DNA of 64,000 nt from Myxococcota bacterium (GTDB taxonomy: Bacteria > Myxococcota_A > UBA9160 > UBA6930), in the NCBI GenBank assembly GCA_965223705.1, contig OZ245015.1, forward strand, positions 4,256,001 through 4,320,000, given 5' to 3'. The notes under the pieces were generated by a model. It worked only from the letters and a program-made list of their open reading frames with translations, was not told the DNA's origin and made no database searches. The position numbers and the translations under genes are program-made. Shown here piece by piece: positions 20,560 to 31,013 of the stretch (position 1 is the stretch's first letter; every line of letters begins with the position of its first letter).

Positions 20560-21285
20560 AGCGAGGTCGCGAAGGTCCGCGATTTCGAAATCGGGCGGGG
20601 CACCGCGGTAGGTCGCACGAGCGCGACCCGGATCGCCAACGCGCCGGGTCAGCCACCCCGCGCGGATCCCACGCCCTTTGGCGCCCGAAACATCGGCCGC
20701 CAAGTTGTCCCCGACATGGATCACCTCGGAAGCCGCGACACCGGCTCTCTCGAGCATCGCGTCGAAGATCTCCGGGCGAGGCTTGCGAAACCCGACCTCT
20801 TCGGAGACGACGACGTGATGGAACCACGGAGCGAGGCCCGCCTCCTCGAGCACCGCGTGGGCCGAGGCGGTGTCCGTAAAGTTCGAGCACACGAGCAGCG
20901 TGTAGCGAGTTGCCAGGTCCTCGAGAATTTCCGCGTGATGCTCGGGCACGGAGACCTGCCGGCGGAAGAGTTCCATGTGGCGATCTGCGAGTCGCGCGGC
21001 GAGCTCGGGATCGTCCCAACCGAGGCGCTCGAGCAGACGATCGAAACGATCGCGGGTCGAGACCTCGATTCCATCCCGGTGCTGGATCTTTCGATGGTCG
21101 CGATCGACGGCAGCGAGGGTTTCGGCGAAGGCCTCGAGAGAAACCTCGCGTCCGGGCGGGACCAGCTCGTAGAGGATCCCCGCGGTGGTCGGCCGTTCGT
21201 GTCCCGATATCCGTAGGCGTGGCAGCCCCTCGAAGGACAGATCCACCAGCGTGTCGAAGAGATCGAAGCACAGCGCGCGCGTCAC
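20548..21285 (-). CDS. HAD family hydrolase
   Basis: FDLFDTL, SN, RKPRPEIF, HVGDNLAADVSGA. Confidence 0.9.
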   Translation of the reverse strand: MTRALCFDLFDTLVDLSFEGLPRLRISGHERPTTAGILYELVPPGREVSLEAFAETLAAVDRDHRKIQHRDGIEVSTRDRFDRLLERLGWDDPELAARLADRHMELFRRQVSVPEHHAEILEDLATRYTLLVCSNFTDTASAHAVLEEAGLAPWFHHVVVSEEVGFRKPRPEIFDAMLERAGVAASEVIHVGDNLAADVSGAKGRGIRAGWLTRRVGDPGRARATYRGAPPDFEIADLRDLALHL

Positions 21286-21379
21286 GCGCCGAAGATAGCG
21301 AGGCCGTGCCTTTGCGTGGCCCATCTTCTTTGCCACAGTCCCGGCTGCCCGCGAGCAGCGCGCACGCCTTGGGGGGACC

Positions 21380-22564
21380 ATTTCCAACCGAGCCGACGAA
21401 GCCTCGAGCGACGTCCACCGACTCGAAGTCGATGGGCGTGAGTTCGTGTTGGTGGGGACCGCGCACATCTCGCGAGAATCCGCGGACTTGGCGAAACAAG
21501 TCATCGCCGACGAGCGCCCGGACGTGGTTTGCCTGGAACTCGACGAGCAGCGCTACGCCGCGCTCACCGAGAGCAAGGGCTTCGAGTCCCTCGATCTGCG
21601 AGAAGTGCTTCGAAAGCGCCAGCTCGCGACCTTGCTCCTCAACCTGCTGCTCGCGACCTATCAGCGGCAGCTCGGTCTTCAGCTCGGGGTGATGCCCGGC
21701 ACCGAGTTCCTCGAAGCGGCGAAGGTCGCGGAGGAGCACGGGATCCCCGTCGCGCTGTGCGACCGCGACGTGCGCATCACCCTGCGGCGGGCGTGGCGCT
21801 CGCTGCGTTGGTGGAAAAAGCTCTGGCTCCTGTCGGGACTCCTCGCTTCGGTGTTCGAGAAAACGGAGCTCTCGGAAGACGACCTCCGCGAACTCCGCCA
21901 ACAGGATGTCCTCTCCCGTGTGATGGAAGAGCTGGGCGAAGCGTTTCCCAACTTGAAGCGTGTCCTGATCGACGAACGCGACGTCTACCTGGCGCAGCGC
22001 ATGCGCGAGAGCGAAGGCCGGCGGGTCGTCGCCGTCGTCGGTGCCGGACACGTCGCGGGCATGCTGCGGGCTCTGTCCGGAAGCCAACGCACCGACCTAG
22101 CGACCCTCGAGGTGATTCCCGAGGGCGGCCGTCTTCTGCGATGGATCGGCTGGGCCGTCCCGGCTCTCCTCCTCGCAGCCCTGGGAACCATCGCGTGGCA
22201 AAAAGGCGCTGCGGCCGTTCAAGAAAACCTCGTCTTCTGGATTCTCGCGAACGGTATTCCCAGCGGGCTGGGCGCCGCCATCGCACTCGGGCACCCGCTG
22301 ACGGTCTTGGCCGCGTTCGCGGCCGCACCGGTCACCAGCCTCACACCGGTCATCGGCGCGGGTTACGTCACGGCCTTCGTGCAGAGTTTTCTGCGCCCGC
22401 CGCTCGTTTCGGAGCTGCGGCGCGTTTCGGAAGACGCCGCGCAACTGCGCGGGTGGTTCGGAAATCGCCTGCTGCGGATCTTCCTCGTCTTCGTGCTGTC
22501 GACGCTCGGCAGCGTCATCGGCACCTGGGTCGGCGGCGCCGAGATCGTCTCGAACCTGTTCTGA
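21380..22564 (+). CDS. TraB/GumN family (pheromone shutdown-like) protein; start uncertain (ATT 21380 or GTG 21446)
   Basis: LVGTAHIS, ELDEQR, DRDVRITL, DERD, VVGAGH, C-terminal TM segments. Confidence 0.9.
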   Translation: MSNRADEASSDVHRLEVDGREFVLVGTAHISRESADLAKQVIADERPDVVCLELDEQRYAALTESKGFESLDLREVLRKRQLATLLLNLLLATYQRQLGLQLGVMPGTEFLEAAKVAEEHGIPVALCDRDVRITLRRAWRSLRWWKKLWLLSGLLASVFEKTELSEDDLRELRQQDVLSRVMEELGEAFPNLKRVLIDERDVYLAQRMRESEGRRVVAVVGAGHVAGMLRALSGSQRTDLATLEVIPEGGRLLRWIGWAVPALLLAALGTIAWQKGAAAVQENLVFWILANGIPSGLGAAIALGHPLTVLAAFAAAPVTSLTPVIGAGYVTAFVQSFLRPPLVSELRRVSEDAAQLRGWFGNRLLRIFLVFVLSTLGSVIGTWVGGAEIVSNLF

Positions 22565-22569
22565 GTGGT

Positions 22570-22596
22570 TGAACCCGACACGGGGCTGTTGCGTAA
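22570..22596 (+). promoter_or_regulatory. ECF sigma-type promoter for the PspC gene
   Basis: TGAACC-N16-CGTAA, close to the TGAAAC-N16-CGTA ECF consensus. Confidence 0.55.
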
Positions 22597-22626
22597 TACG
22601 GGTATGAACCACTCAAAAGGTTTCCG

Positions 22627-22839
22627 ATGGCGATCGCGCGACCGGGTCTAAAGCGTTCGCGCGAGAACCGCATCCTCGCGGGCGTGTGCGGCGGGATCGC
22701 CGACTGGCTGGGCTGGAGCCCGACCTGGGTCCGGCTCGGTTTCGTCGCGGTGTCCGTCCTCTCCGCCGCCTTCCCCGGGATCATCGTGTACCTGATTCTC
22801 TGGTTCCTGATGCCGAACCGCGACGAGGCGCCGGCCTAG
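22627..22839 (+). CDS. pspC: PspC domain protein
   Basis: [32 protein letters not shown]. Confidence 0.92.
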   Translation: MAIARPGLKRSRENRILAGVCGGIADWLGWSPTWVRLGFVAVSVLSAAFPGIIVYLILWFLMPNRDEAPA

Positions 22840-23756
22840 TCCCGCGCCTCTGCCCATACCAGGCGCGGAGGCTCCCAGCGAACCACGCGATCCCGCGATG
22901 ACACCGCGTCCCAGCGAAACTCGGCGGGCGTAGTGTCCGGGGCGAGCCCCGCGATCTCGAGCAGCTGACGGCGAATGGCGCCGCCGTCCGCGACTCGTCG
23001 AAGGGCCTCCCACGAAACCGATCCGTGAAACTTCGCGAGCTTCTCTCCGGCTCGCTCGAGCAGCAGGCAGTGATGTCGGTACGAAGGCGCAGGCTCAGCC
23101 AGCAAACTTCGAATCGCGTTCTGTACGGACGTGCTCGCCGCGAGATCGCGCCCGCGCACGATCCGCGTCACGCCGCGGGCGGCGTCGTCGACGACGCCCG
23201 CCAGGTGGTAGGCCACCGCTCCGTCCCGGCGCCGAACCAGTGGGTCGCCCGCGGCGTGTCGCGGCCAGACTCGGCCGTCCTCGTCGCGGGCATCCTCGAA
23301 CTCGGTCACTAGGAGCCGGAGGGGTTCGCGCGTATCGCGCCAGGTGCTCGCCGTGACGACGCGCTCCCGACACGTGCCGGGGTAGCGCGGCGTCCCGTCG
23401 GCGGTGGTGCCACCGGCTGTGCGTATGTCGGTGCGGGAACACCGACAGGCGTAGAGCCGTCCCGCCCGGGCGAGTCGATCGAGTGCGCGATCGTGCCGCC
23501 CTCGGAACTCGCTCTGGAGCTCCTCGGCGTCCCAGTCGATCGCAAGCCACTCGAGCGCCCGGCGGAGATCGTCGGCAAATGCCGGTCGACAGCGGACGGG
23601 ATCGAGATCTTCCAACCGCAACACGAGGCGTCCGCCGAGCGCGCGAATGTCGAGCCAGCACAAGAGGGCCGCGAAGAGCGTCCCGGGGTGCGCGGGACCC
23701 GTTGTCGACGGCGCGAACCGCCCCACCGCCACCTCTGCCGCCGATAAACCGCCCAT
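22836..23756 (-). CDS. gluQ: glutamyl-Q tRNA(Asp) synthetase
   Basis: [38 protein letters not shown]; no anticodon-binding domain. Confidence 0.85.
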   Translation of the reverse strand: MGGLSAAEVAVGRFAPSTTGPAHPGTLFAALLCWLDIRALGGRLVLRLEDLDPVRCRPAFADDLRRALEWLAIDWDAEELQSEFRGRHDRALDRLARAGRLYACRCSRTDIRTAGGTTADGTPRYPGTCRERVVTASTWRDTREPLRLLVTEFEDARDEDGRVWPRHAAGDPLVRRRDGAVAYHLAGVVDDAARGVTRIVRGRDLAASTSVQNAIRSLLAEPAPSYRHHCLLLERAGEKLAKFHGSVSWEALRRVADGGAIRRQLLEIAGLAPDTTPAEFRWDAVSSRDRVVRWEPPRLVWAEARD

Positions 23757-23824
23757 GACGTCGAAGCTAGCGGAGTGTCCTCGCCCTTTTTCGCAGTTCG
23801 ACCGCGTCACGACTATGCTCGCAG

Positions 23825-24739
23825 GTGGTGGGAGGCAGCGGGTTGGGTTCGTCTGGAGATATTTGCGTCCGAACCGTTTCGGAGAACGGGTCGGTCGCGG
23901 TGCGCGCAATCGTCGCGACGTCGCTGGTCGCCGAGGCGGCCAGACGCCACCAGACGAGCCCTTTGGCCACACTCGCCCTCGGGCGCGCCTTGATGGGCGC
24001 GCTCCTCCTCGCGGCTGGCACGAAAGACCGCGAAAGCGTTCAGCTCTCCTTCGAAGGCGTGGGGCCTTTGCGGCGCATTACCGCTATCGGCACGAGCGCG
24101 GGAGACGCTCGGGGGTTCGTCTCACACCCGTCGATCGGCAGCGACGATCCCACCCTCGGCCTCGATCTCGCGAAAGCCGTCTCCGGGGGCACGCTTTCGG
24201 TCGTCCGATCTCGTGAGAATTGGAAAGAGCCCTACACCGGCATCGTCGTCCTCGAGTCCGGCGAGATCGCCGAGGACATCGCCCGCTATCTGGCGGACAG
24301 CGAGCAGGTCCCGTCGGTGATCGGCCTCGGCGTCTATCTAGGGCGCGACGCTTCGGTGGAAGCCGCCGCAGGTTTTCTCGCGCAAGCCCTTCCGGGCGCT
24401 GAAGACGACGACATCGCCGTGCTGGAGGAAAACGCGAGCGCGCTGCCCAACCCATCTGCCCGGGTCCGCGACGGAAGCTCTGCGGCAGACCTATGCGGCT
24501 ATCTCCTCGACGGGCTCGGCCATCGCGAGTTCCGCCCGGGTGAGATCCGGTTTCGCTGTGATTGCAGTCTCGATCGCGCGCGGCGTTCCGCGGCGCTGCT
24601 CGGGGCGGATGAGGTCGAGGAGCTGCGCGCGCGAGCCGAGCCCGTCGAAATTCGCTGCGCGTTCTGCGCGGATGTCTACCACGTGAGTGCCGAGGAAATT
24701 TCGGTCGCCGCCGGTCGCAGAGGAGAACCGAACCGATGA
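23825..24739 (+). CDS. hslO: Hsp33 redox-regulated chaperone
   Basis: [29 protein letters not shown]...CAFC zinc motif. Confidence 0.93.
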   Translation: MVGGSGLGSSGDICVRTVSENGSVAVRAIVATSLVAEAARRHQTSPLATLALGRALMGALLLAAGTKDRESVQLSFEGVGPLRRITAIGTSAGDARGFVSHPSIGSDDPTLGLDLAKAVSGGTLSVVRSRENWKEPYTGIVVLESGEIAEDIARYLADSEQVPSVIGLGVYLGRDASVEAAAGFLAQALPGAEDDDIAVLEENASALPNPSARVRDGSSAADLCGYLLDGLGHREFRPGEIRFRCDCSLDRARRSAALLGADEVEELRARAEPVEIRCAFCADVYHVSAEEISVAAGRRGEPNR

Positions 24740-26028
24740 CGCAAACCGCCTGGCTCGCCTTCGGTGGCCTGCTTCTTCTCGCCCTAAACGCGGCGGCGCT
24801 GTTCTTGTTGTGGCGGCGCGGCGCGCAGGACGCCGATCGCGAGGGCAGAACCGAGCGCGCCCTGCGAGAAGAGCTGCGAATCGCCCGCGAGGAAGCGAAC
24901 TTCACGGCGCGCGCCCTTCGAGAAGAAGTCGCGAAAGGGCAGCAAGCGACCACGGACACCCTCGTCACCAGCGTCGGAGAGCTCGGGCGCGGGCAGCAAA
25001 AACAACTGGAAACGGTGCAACAACAAGTGGGACTTCTCACCGAGTCGAACGAAGTCCGCCTCGAGCGCTTGCGCAAGGGCATGGAGACGCAGCTCGAAAA
25101 CCTGCGGCAAGAGAACGAGAAGAAGCTCGAAGCCATGCGCCAAACCGTCGACGAAAAACTCCAAGGCACCTTGGAAAAGCGCCTCGGCGAATCGTTCCGG
25201 TTGGTGAGTGCGCGGCTCGAAGCGGTGCAACAGGGCCTCGGCGAGATGCGCCACTTGGCAACGGGCGTCGGCGACCTGAAACGCGTCCTGACGAACGTCA
25301 AGGCGCGTGGAACCTGGGGCGAAGTTCAACTCGGCGGGCTGCTCGAACAGGTGCTCACTCCCGAGCAGTACGCGCAGAACGTGGCGACTCGTCCGAATTC
25401 ATCCGAGCGCGTCGAGTTCGCCGTGCGACTGCCCGGTCCGTCGGACGACCCTTCCGAGACCGTCTGGTTGCCGATCGACGCAAAATTCCCCCAAGAAGAT
25501 TATTTGCGGCTCGCCGAAGCTTCCGAGCAAGGTGACTCGGAAGCCGTCACGCGCGCGACCCGCGCCCTGATCGCCAGCGTCAAGAACTCGGCCCGCACCA
25601 TTCAAACGAAGTACCTATCACCCCCGCAAACGACGGATTTCGCGGTGTTGTTTCTTCCGACGGAAGGCTTGTTCGCTGAAGTTCTTCGTCAGCCCGGCCT
25701 CGTCGAGGAGCTGCAAACGCGGGAGCGCGTCGTCGTCGCGGGACCGACGACGCTCACCGCGATGCTGTCGAGCTTGCGCATGGGTTTCCGAACCCTCGCA
25801 ATCGAGCAGCGCTCGAGCGAAGTGTGGACCGTACTTTCGGCGGTAAAAACCGAGTTCAGCAAGTTCGGCGAGGTTCTCGACAAGGTGAAACGACAACTCA
25901 ACACCGCGAGCAACACCATCGACGAAACCGGAAAACGCACCCGCGCCATGGAGCGCAAACTCCGCGCCGTCGAGTCGCTGCCGGAGCCCGAGACTCAGCT
26001 CCTTTTGAATCCGTCCGACCCCACGTAG
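24736..26028 (+). CDS. rmuC: DNA recombination protein RmuC
   Basis: N-terminal TM plus coiled coil, NVKARGTWGE, IDAKFP, FLPTEGL, GPTTL. Confidence 0.95.
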   Translation: MTQTAWLAFGGLLLLALNAAALFLLWRRGAQDADREGRTERALREELRIAREEANFTARALREEVAKGQQATTDTLVTSVGELGRGQQKQLETVQQQVGLLTESNEVRLERLRKGMETQLENLRQENEKKLEAMRQTVDEKLQGTLEKRLGESFRLVSARLEAVQQGLGEMRHLATGVGDLKRVLTNVKARGTWGEVQLGGLLEQVLTPEQYAQNVATRPNSSERVEFAVRLPGPSDDPSETVWLPIDAKFPQEDYLRLAEASEQGDSEAVTRATRALIASVKNSARTIQTKYLSPPQTTDFAVLFLPTEGLFAEVLRQPGLVEELQTRERVVVAGPTTLTAMLSSLRMGFRTLAIEQRSSEVWTVLSAVKTEFSKFGEVLDKVKRQLNTASNTIDETGKRTRAMERKLRAVESLPEPETQLLLNPSDPT

Positions 26029-26055
26029 GACAGCTCGAACGGCAGACCGAGGCAG

Positions 26056-26174
26056 GGCCGGGGCGAGTGGGGGCACCGTGCTCAAACATCCTCGCGCCGA
26101 CGGGGTCACGAGTTCGTTTCGAACGGGTCGGCGGCGCTGCGGAACTGCGCGCGGCGCCCCCACTTGCCCCGGCC
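26056..26174. repeat. 119-bp element bounded by 26-bp inverted repeats
   Basis: ggccggggcgagtgggggcaccgtgc (26056-26081) matches the reverse complement of 26149-26174 at 23/26; inner stems gcgccgac/gtcggcggcgc and gttcg/cgaac. Confidence 0.7.
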
Positions 26175-26194
26175 TCGCGACATCTAGCTCATCG

Positions 26195-28192
26195 CTAGGT
26201 CGAACTCGCGGCGGCGGGGAAACGCAGTCGCACCTCGAAGCCTCCCTCCGCGACGTTTCGTCCCGACAGGGTGGCTCCCATCTGCTCGGCGAGACGCTTG
26301 GCTAGGGCGAGGCCGATGCCCGTTCCTTTGGACGTTCGTGTGAGTTCGGATTCGCCGCGGTAGAAGGCGTCGAAGATTCTCGGAAGGTGTTCTCCCGATA
26401 CGCCGGGGCCGTGGTCGCGCACGGCGACCACGACGGCGTCACCGTCCGGTCCGCACGTGACGTGAACGATGCGCTGGGTCGCTTCCCGCGCGTACTTGAT
26501 CGCGTTGTCGACGAGGTTGAAGAGGATTTGGAGCAGCGCGTCGCGTTCGAAACGAACGTCCGGAACCCCCGAGGCGACGCGAACGTCGAGCTCGAAATTC
26601 TGCCCCTTGGCGTGGGGAGCGAGCCAACGCATGACTTCGCTGACGACGCGCCCTGGGTCGCCGACCTCGGGCTCGAGCACCCGCTCGTTCTGCTCGAGCT
26701 TCGAGTACTCGAGCACGTTGTTGATCAGTCGTGACAAGCGCTCCGCCTCGGCGGTGATCGAGCGGTAATACTCCCGACGTTTCGCCTCGTCGGGAACCAT
26801 GTCGTCGCGCAACATCTCCGCGTACATCCGGATCGCGGTGAGCGGCGTCTTGAGCTCGTGACTGACGGCGGCCGCAAAGTTGCTCCGCCGCTCGGCGAAT
26901 GCGAGGCGCACGGAAACCATGCGATAGAGAGCGATCAGCCCGAGGGCCGCGGTGATCAAAACCGCTGCGGACAATGCGAAAAGTGGCTTCTCCGTCCGCA
27001 AACCCGAGAGCGGTGCCAACGAAAGCTCGAGCTCCCAGGCGTCGAAAGGCTCTGCGAAGCGATGTACCGCGCGCCGGGGTTCGTCCGGAACGGGGCGCGC
27101 TTCGCCAGTGCGGCGAAACGAGAAGTCGGCTTCACCAAGTCTCGCGGCGGCCAGGGCGTCTTCGCGCAACCAACGGTGCAAGGCGTCGGGATCGACCAGC
27201 ATGCCCTGCCGGAGCTCTTCCAAGGTGTTCTCGAAGCGGATCCGGACCGAGCGCATGAGCAGGAGCGAGTGGTCGGCCAGGTGGTAACCGCTGAGCGGAT
27301 CGATCTCGACTACCGCGAGAGGCGTTTCGGGAATCGCACCGCCCGAGGGTTTCGCAGGAGCGGTACGCGCTGGGGACGCAGCGTTCGGGCGAGCTTCCGT
27401 TTCCTCGACCGAGTCGACGACCGCTGCCTCGAGCGCATCGGCGGAGAATCCGCCGCCTGAGAAACCGTCGTTCCAGCCACTGCGCCCCGCGACCTCGATT
27501 TCGGGCGGAGGGGGCGCGCTCTGCTGCTCCGCACTCGGCGCCGCAGAGCGCGCGATCCGCTGGGCCACGCGCTTTGTCTTCCGCTGGCGCCGGCTCTCCG
27601 ACGCCTGGTTCAACGACTTGAGCGTGCTGTAGACGTCGAGTCCGGGCTCTCCTGCGGGAGAAGGCGCTCGCTCTTCTTTGGCCTCAGCGGGAGACGCCGC
27701 CTTCGCATCGACGAGATCCTCGCGCGCCCGATCGTCGCCGGAGGCGTTCCACGTCGCGAAGTACGCGCCGACTCGACGCTGCAGGGACTCGAGCGTTTCG
27801 TCACGAGAAGGATTTCGGGAGAAATCCCCGAGCCGTTCCGCGCGAGCGATATCGCGCGGACGTTCCGGGGTGTGGAAAGAGCCATCGGAATCGATCTGGA
27901 AATAACCGATGACGAACGGGCGACTCGGCCCCGCCGCAAGCGGCGACAAACTGCGCCCTCGGTCCGGTCGGGACTCGACGTAGAACCGATAGTGCTCGGT
28001 CGGCCGCGCATCTTCCTCCGCGAGCCACACGGAGAGTGCTCTCTCCATCTCGTCGAATACCCGGTCTGCGACGGCCTGATAGCGCAGCGCGTGTTCGGCT
28101 CGGAGGCTTTCGCGCGAACGATGGACGAGAAAGAGCGTGGGCACCGCAACGAGCAGTGCCAGCGCGACGAAGAGCAAGCGCAACTTGATCAC
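26195..28192 (-). CDS. sensor histidine kinase with large extracytoplasmic domain
   Basis: Two TM segments, SHELKTPL H-box, NLVDNAIKY, DHGPG, GTGIGL; GTG start overlaps the regulator stop. Confidence 0.92.
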   Translation of the reverse strand: MIKLRLLFVALALLVAVPTLFLVHRSRESLRAEHALRYQAVADRVFDEMERALSVWLAEEDARPTEHYRFYVESRPDRGRSLSPLAAGPSRPFVIGYFQIDSDGSFHTPERPRDIARAERLGDFSRNPSRDETLESLQRRVGAYFATWNASGDDRAREDLVDAKAASPAEAKEERAPSPAGEPGLDVYSTLKSLNQASESRRQRKTKRVAQRIARSAAPSAEQQSAPPPPEIEVAGRSGWNDGFSGGGFSADALEAAVVDSVEETEARPNAASPARTAPAKPSGGAIPETPLAVVEIDPLSGYHLADHSLLLMRSVRIRFENTLEELRQGMLVDPDALHRWLREDALAAARLGEADFSFRRTGEARPVPDEPRRAVHRFAEPFDAWELELSLAPLSGLRTEKPLFALSAAVLITAALGLIALYRMVSVRLAFAERRSNFAAAVSHELKTPLTAIRMYAEMLRDDMVPDEAKRREYYRSITAEAERLSRLINNVLEYSKLEQNERVLEPEVGDPGRVVSEVMRWLAPHAKGQNFELDVRVASGVPDVRFERDALLQILFNLVDNAIKYAREATQRIVHVTCGPDGDAVVVAVRDHGPGVSGEHLPRIFDAFYRGESELTRTSKGTGIGLALAKRLAEQMGATLSGRNVAEGGFEVRLRFPAAASST

Positions 28193-28881
28193 AGCGTCCC
28201 CAGCCGGTAGCCCTCGCCTCGGACGGTCTCGATCAAGCGGGGGCCGTCGGGTGCGAGTTTCTTGCGCAGCTTCGCGATATGCATGTCGACCGTTCGGGTC
28301 TCCACGCGATCGGGAGAAGCGAAACCCCACAGCTCGCGGAGGAGTGCCCGGCGGCTCACGATTCTTCCTTCTTCTCGAAGTAGCATCGCGAGCAGCTCGA
28401 ACTCGCGCCGAGAGAGTTCGACTTCCCTTTCCTCCCGGCTCGCCCGGAGGGTATCGCCGTCGATTTCCCAAGGCCCGAGCGAAAGCCGAGTCCGCGGGAT
28501 CGCGGCACTGCGGCGCAGGAGCGCCTCGACGCGCGCGAGTAGCTCTGCGACGGAAAACGGTTTCGTCACGTAGTCGTCACAGCCCGCCCGAAAACCGCGC
28601 AGGATGTCCTCTTCTCGTCCGCGCGCCGTGAGGAGCAAGATCGGCAGCTCGGGCCATCGCTCCCGGAGCTGTTCACAAACGTCGAATCCAGAAAGGCCCG
28701 GCAACATGACGTCGAGCAAGACCAGCGCGGGAAGCTCGGCCTCGACCTGCGGAACTGCTTCGTCCCCTCGGCCGACCGCGACGGGCGCGTAGCCTCGATA
28801 CGCCAACACGTCGCAAAGCCCCGACGCGATCGCGGCTTCGTCCTCGACGATCAAAACCCGTGTGGTCTCAGAGTCGGGCAT
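28189..28881 (-). CDS. OmpR-family response regulator
   Basis: VEDE, LLDVMLP, TKPF, RTVDMHIAKLRKKL, TVRGEGY. Confidence 0.95.
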   Translation of the reverse strand: MPDSETTRVLIVEDEAAIASGLCDVLAYRGYAPVAVGRGDEAVPQVEAELPALVLLDVMLPGLSGFDVCEQLRERWPELPILLLTARGREEDILRGFRAGCDDYVTKPFSVAELLARVEALLRRSAAIPRTRLSLGPWEIDGDTLRASREEREVELSRREFELLAMLLREEGRIVSRRALLRELWGFASPDRVETRTVDMHIAKLRKKLAPDGPRLIETVRGEGYRLGTL

Positions 28882-28913
28882 GCAACGAGTGTAGTTCCCG
28901 CGCGAGACGCTTC

Positions 28914-28952
28914 CGTAAACCCCGCGTAAAACCCCGGCGCTCGCGTTTTACG
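28914..28952. promoter_or_regulatory. tandem GTAAA boxes (CpxR/OmpR-like binding site)
   Basis: cGTAAAc at 28914 and cGTAAAa at 28925 (11-bp period), plus inverted ttttacg at 28946. Confidence 0.55.
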
Positions 28953-29033
28953 AACCTTTGGCGGTCAACTCCTGCGTCTGCGGGTACCCAGTTACGAGCG
29001 CACACAGCGCCGAACGAAACACGAGGAGACACC

Positions 29034-30449
29034 ATGAAGATGCAGTGGTTAGCGGTTCTCACATTGTTGGTCTGCACCCTGGCGTGGGGAGCCGCCCAAG
29101 ACCATCGAAAACTACCCGGAGGGGACGTCACAACCCACGGGAGCGCCGCAACAGCCGTTTCAACGGGTGGGGGAGGCATCGCGCTTCGGGCCGCGTTCGA
29201 CCGAGCGGCGGTGTTTGCGGGCGGAGACGGACGCGCAGTTCTCGAGCTTTCGGTGAGCGCACCGGCGTCCGACGCCACGCCGCTGCGCCCCGCCGACGTC
29301 ATCGTCGTGCTTGATCGTTCGGGATCGATGCGCGGCGACAAGATGGCGCATGCGCGCGAGGCGATGCGCAGCTTGATCACGGGACTGAGAGAACAGGATC
29401 GGCTCGCGCTCGTGAGCTACGCACATCACGCTCGGCTCGACTTCCCACTCGCGCACGCGACGCCGGAGCGCAAAGTGGAGTGGTCGAACCGGACGCAGGA
29501 GATCGCGGCGCGAGGCGGGACGAACCTCGCGGCGGGGCTCGACCGCGCGTTGGCGCTACTCGCAACCGACCGCGAGGCCGAGCGGAGCGTCCGCGTGTTG
29601 CTCCTTTCGGACGGACTTGCGAACGAGGGGGACACCTCGCGCGACGGTCTGCGGGGGCGCGCGGCGCTCGTGGGCGGAAAAGAGCACACGCTTTCGACCA
29701 TCGGTGTCGGACTCGAGTTCGATGAAGAACTTCTCGCGCTTCTGGCCGACGCGGGAACGGGAAACTACCACTACATCGAAAGCACGAGCGGACTCGATCA
29801 CATCTTCGCCACGGAATTCGCGAGCGCGCGAGAAACGGTTGCGACCGGGCTGCGCGTGGCCATCGGCCTGCCCGAAGGCGCTCGGGTGCTGGACGCGGCG
29901 GGCTATCCACTCGAGCGACACGGCAATACCGTGAGCTTTCGCCCGGGCTCGCTCTTCGCCGGACAGCGGCGCAGGATCGGGGTCGCGATGCACCTCCCCG
30001 TCGACGCGGAGCGGCACGTACTGTCCGACATCCGCTTGGATTACCGAACCGGAGGACGGACCGAGACCGTGACGATCGACGAACCGCTGGTCGTCGACGT
30101 CGCGGCTGCCGAGGAGGAGTACCTCGCGGGCGTCGATCGCGAAGGTTGGGCTCGCTCGGTCGTCATCGACGAATACAACGCACTCCGGAAACGCGTATCG
30201 CGCGCCGTGGTACGAGGCGACCGGGACGAGGCCAGGAAGGAGATCGCCTCTTTCAAAGACAGCGTCTCGAGCGTCAACGAGGCGTTGTCCATCCCCGAAG
30301 TGGACCACCAACTCAAGGTACTCGACGAGCTGGAGTCGCAGATCGACGACAGCTTTCGCGGCGGGAATGCCTCTGTAAAACAGAAAGCGCTCGGAAAGAC
30401 GCTTCATCACCAAGGGATTGCCGGCGGCCGCGTCGGCAGCCAGAAGTAG
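29034..30449 (+). CDS. exported von Willebrand factor A (vWA) domain protein
   Basis: Signal peptide, MIDAS DRSGSM, GGTN, LLSDGLAN, GVG; GAGGAG SD. Confidence 0.9.
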   Translation: MKMQWLAVLTLLVCTLAWGAAQDHRKLPGGDVTTHGSAATAVSTGGGGIALRAAFDRAAVFAGGDGRAVLELSVSAPASDATPLRPADVIVVLDRSGSMRGDKMAHAREAMRSLITGLREQDRLALVSYAHHARLDFPLAHATPERKVEWSNRTQEIAARGGTNLAAGLDRALALLATDREAERSVRVLLLSDGLANEGDTSRDGLRGRAALVGGKEHTLSTIGVGLEFDEELLALLADAGTGNYHYIESTSGLDHIFATEFASARETVATGLRVAIGLPEGARVLDAAGYPLERHGNTVSFRPGSLFAGQRRRIGVAMHLPVDAERHVLSDIRLDYRTGGRTETVTIDEPLVVDVAAAEEEYLAGVDREGWARSVVIDEYNALRKRVSRAVVRGDRDEARKEIASFKDSVSSVNEALSIPEVDHQLKVLDELESQIDDSFRGGNASVKQKALGKTLHHQGIAGGRVGSQK

Positions 30450-30458
30450 GAGATCAGT

Positions 30459-31013
30459 ATGGCCCTTCGCTTTACGGAACGGCTTTTGTCACTCGTACGA
30501 GCGGACGCACACGGCGTGCTCTCGCGCCTCGAGGAACGGGAACTCCTGTTGGCCCAGGCGTTGCGCGACGCAGAAATCGCGCTGCGCGAAGAGGAGCGAA
30601 AACGAGAGGAACTGGTCCGCCGGCAGAAGACGCTTCACGATCGGCACCGGCGCTTGCACGGGGTGCTCGAGCGGCGCGACGAAGACGTTGCGCTCGCACT
30701 CTCGCGTGGCGAAGACGACGTCGCCCGGTTTGCGGCTCGGGAGTATCTCGCTTGCCAGCGGGAGTCGGAGCGCTGCGCCGCGCAACTCGGGAGCGTCGAA
30801 GATGAGCTGCGCGAAGTCGAGACGAAGCTCGCCACAGACCGCGTGCGGTTTGACGACCTGCGCGTGAGGACAGCCCGTGTACGCGATCGCGATAGAACCG
30901 ACGGACCGACCCGCCCGGTGGATGTGGCCGAAGCCGATATTGATCTCGAATTGATGCGACGCGCACAACCGCGCGGGCAAGCCGGCGAAGGAGCCGCCGA
31001 TGCGATCGCCTAG
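30459..31013 (+). CDS. PspA/IM30 family (ESCRT-III-like) protein
   Basis: RLLSLVRADAHGVL..LE...LLAQALRDA, ALALSRGEDDVAR, coiled coil, VAEADIDLEL. Confidence 0.8.
   Translation: MALRFTERLLSLVRADAHGVLSRLEERELLLAQALRDAEIALREEERKREELVRRQKTLHDRHRRLHGVLERRDEDVALALSRGEDDVARFAAREYLACQRESERCAAQLGSVEDELREVETKLATDRVRFDDLRVRTARVRDRDRTDGPTRPVDVAEADIDLELMRRAQPRGQAGEGAADAIA

Noticed and set aside
28952..28980. ECF-like GAACC...CGTCT promoter before the vWA gene
   Set aside because: Spacer is 2-3 nt longer than ECF consensus
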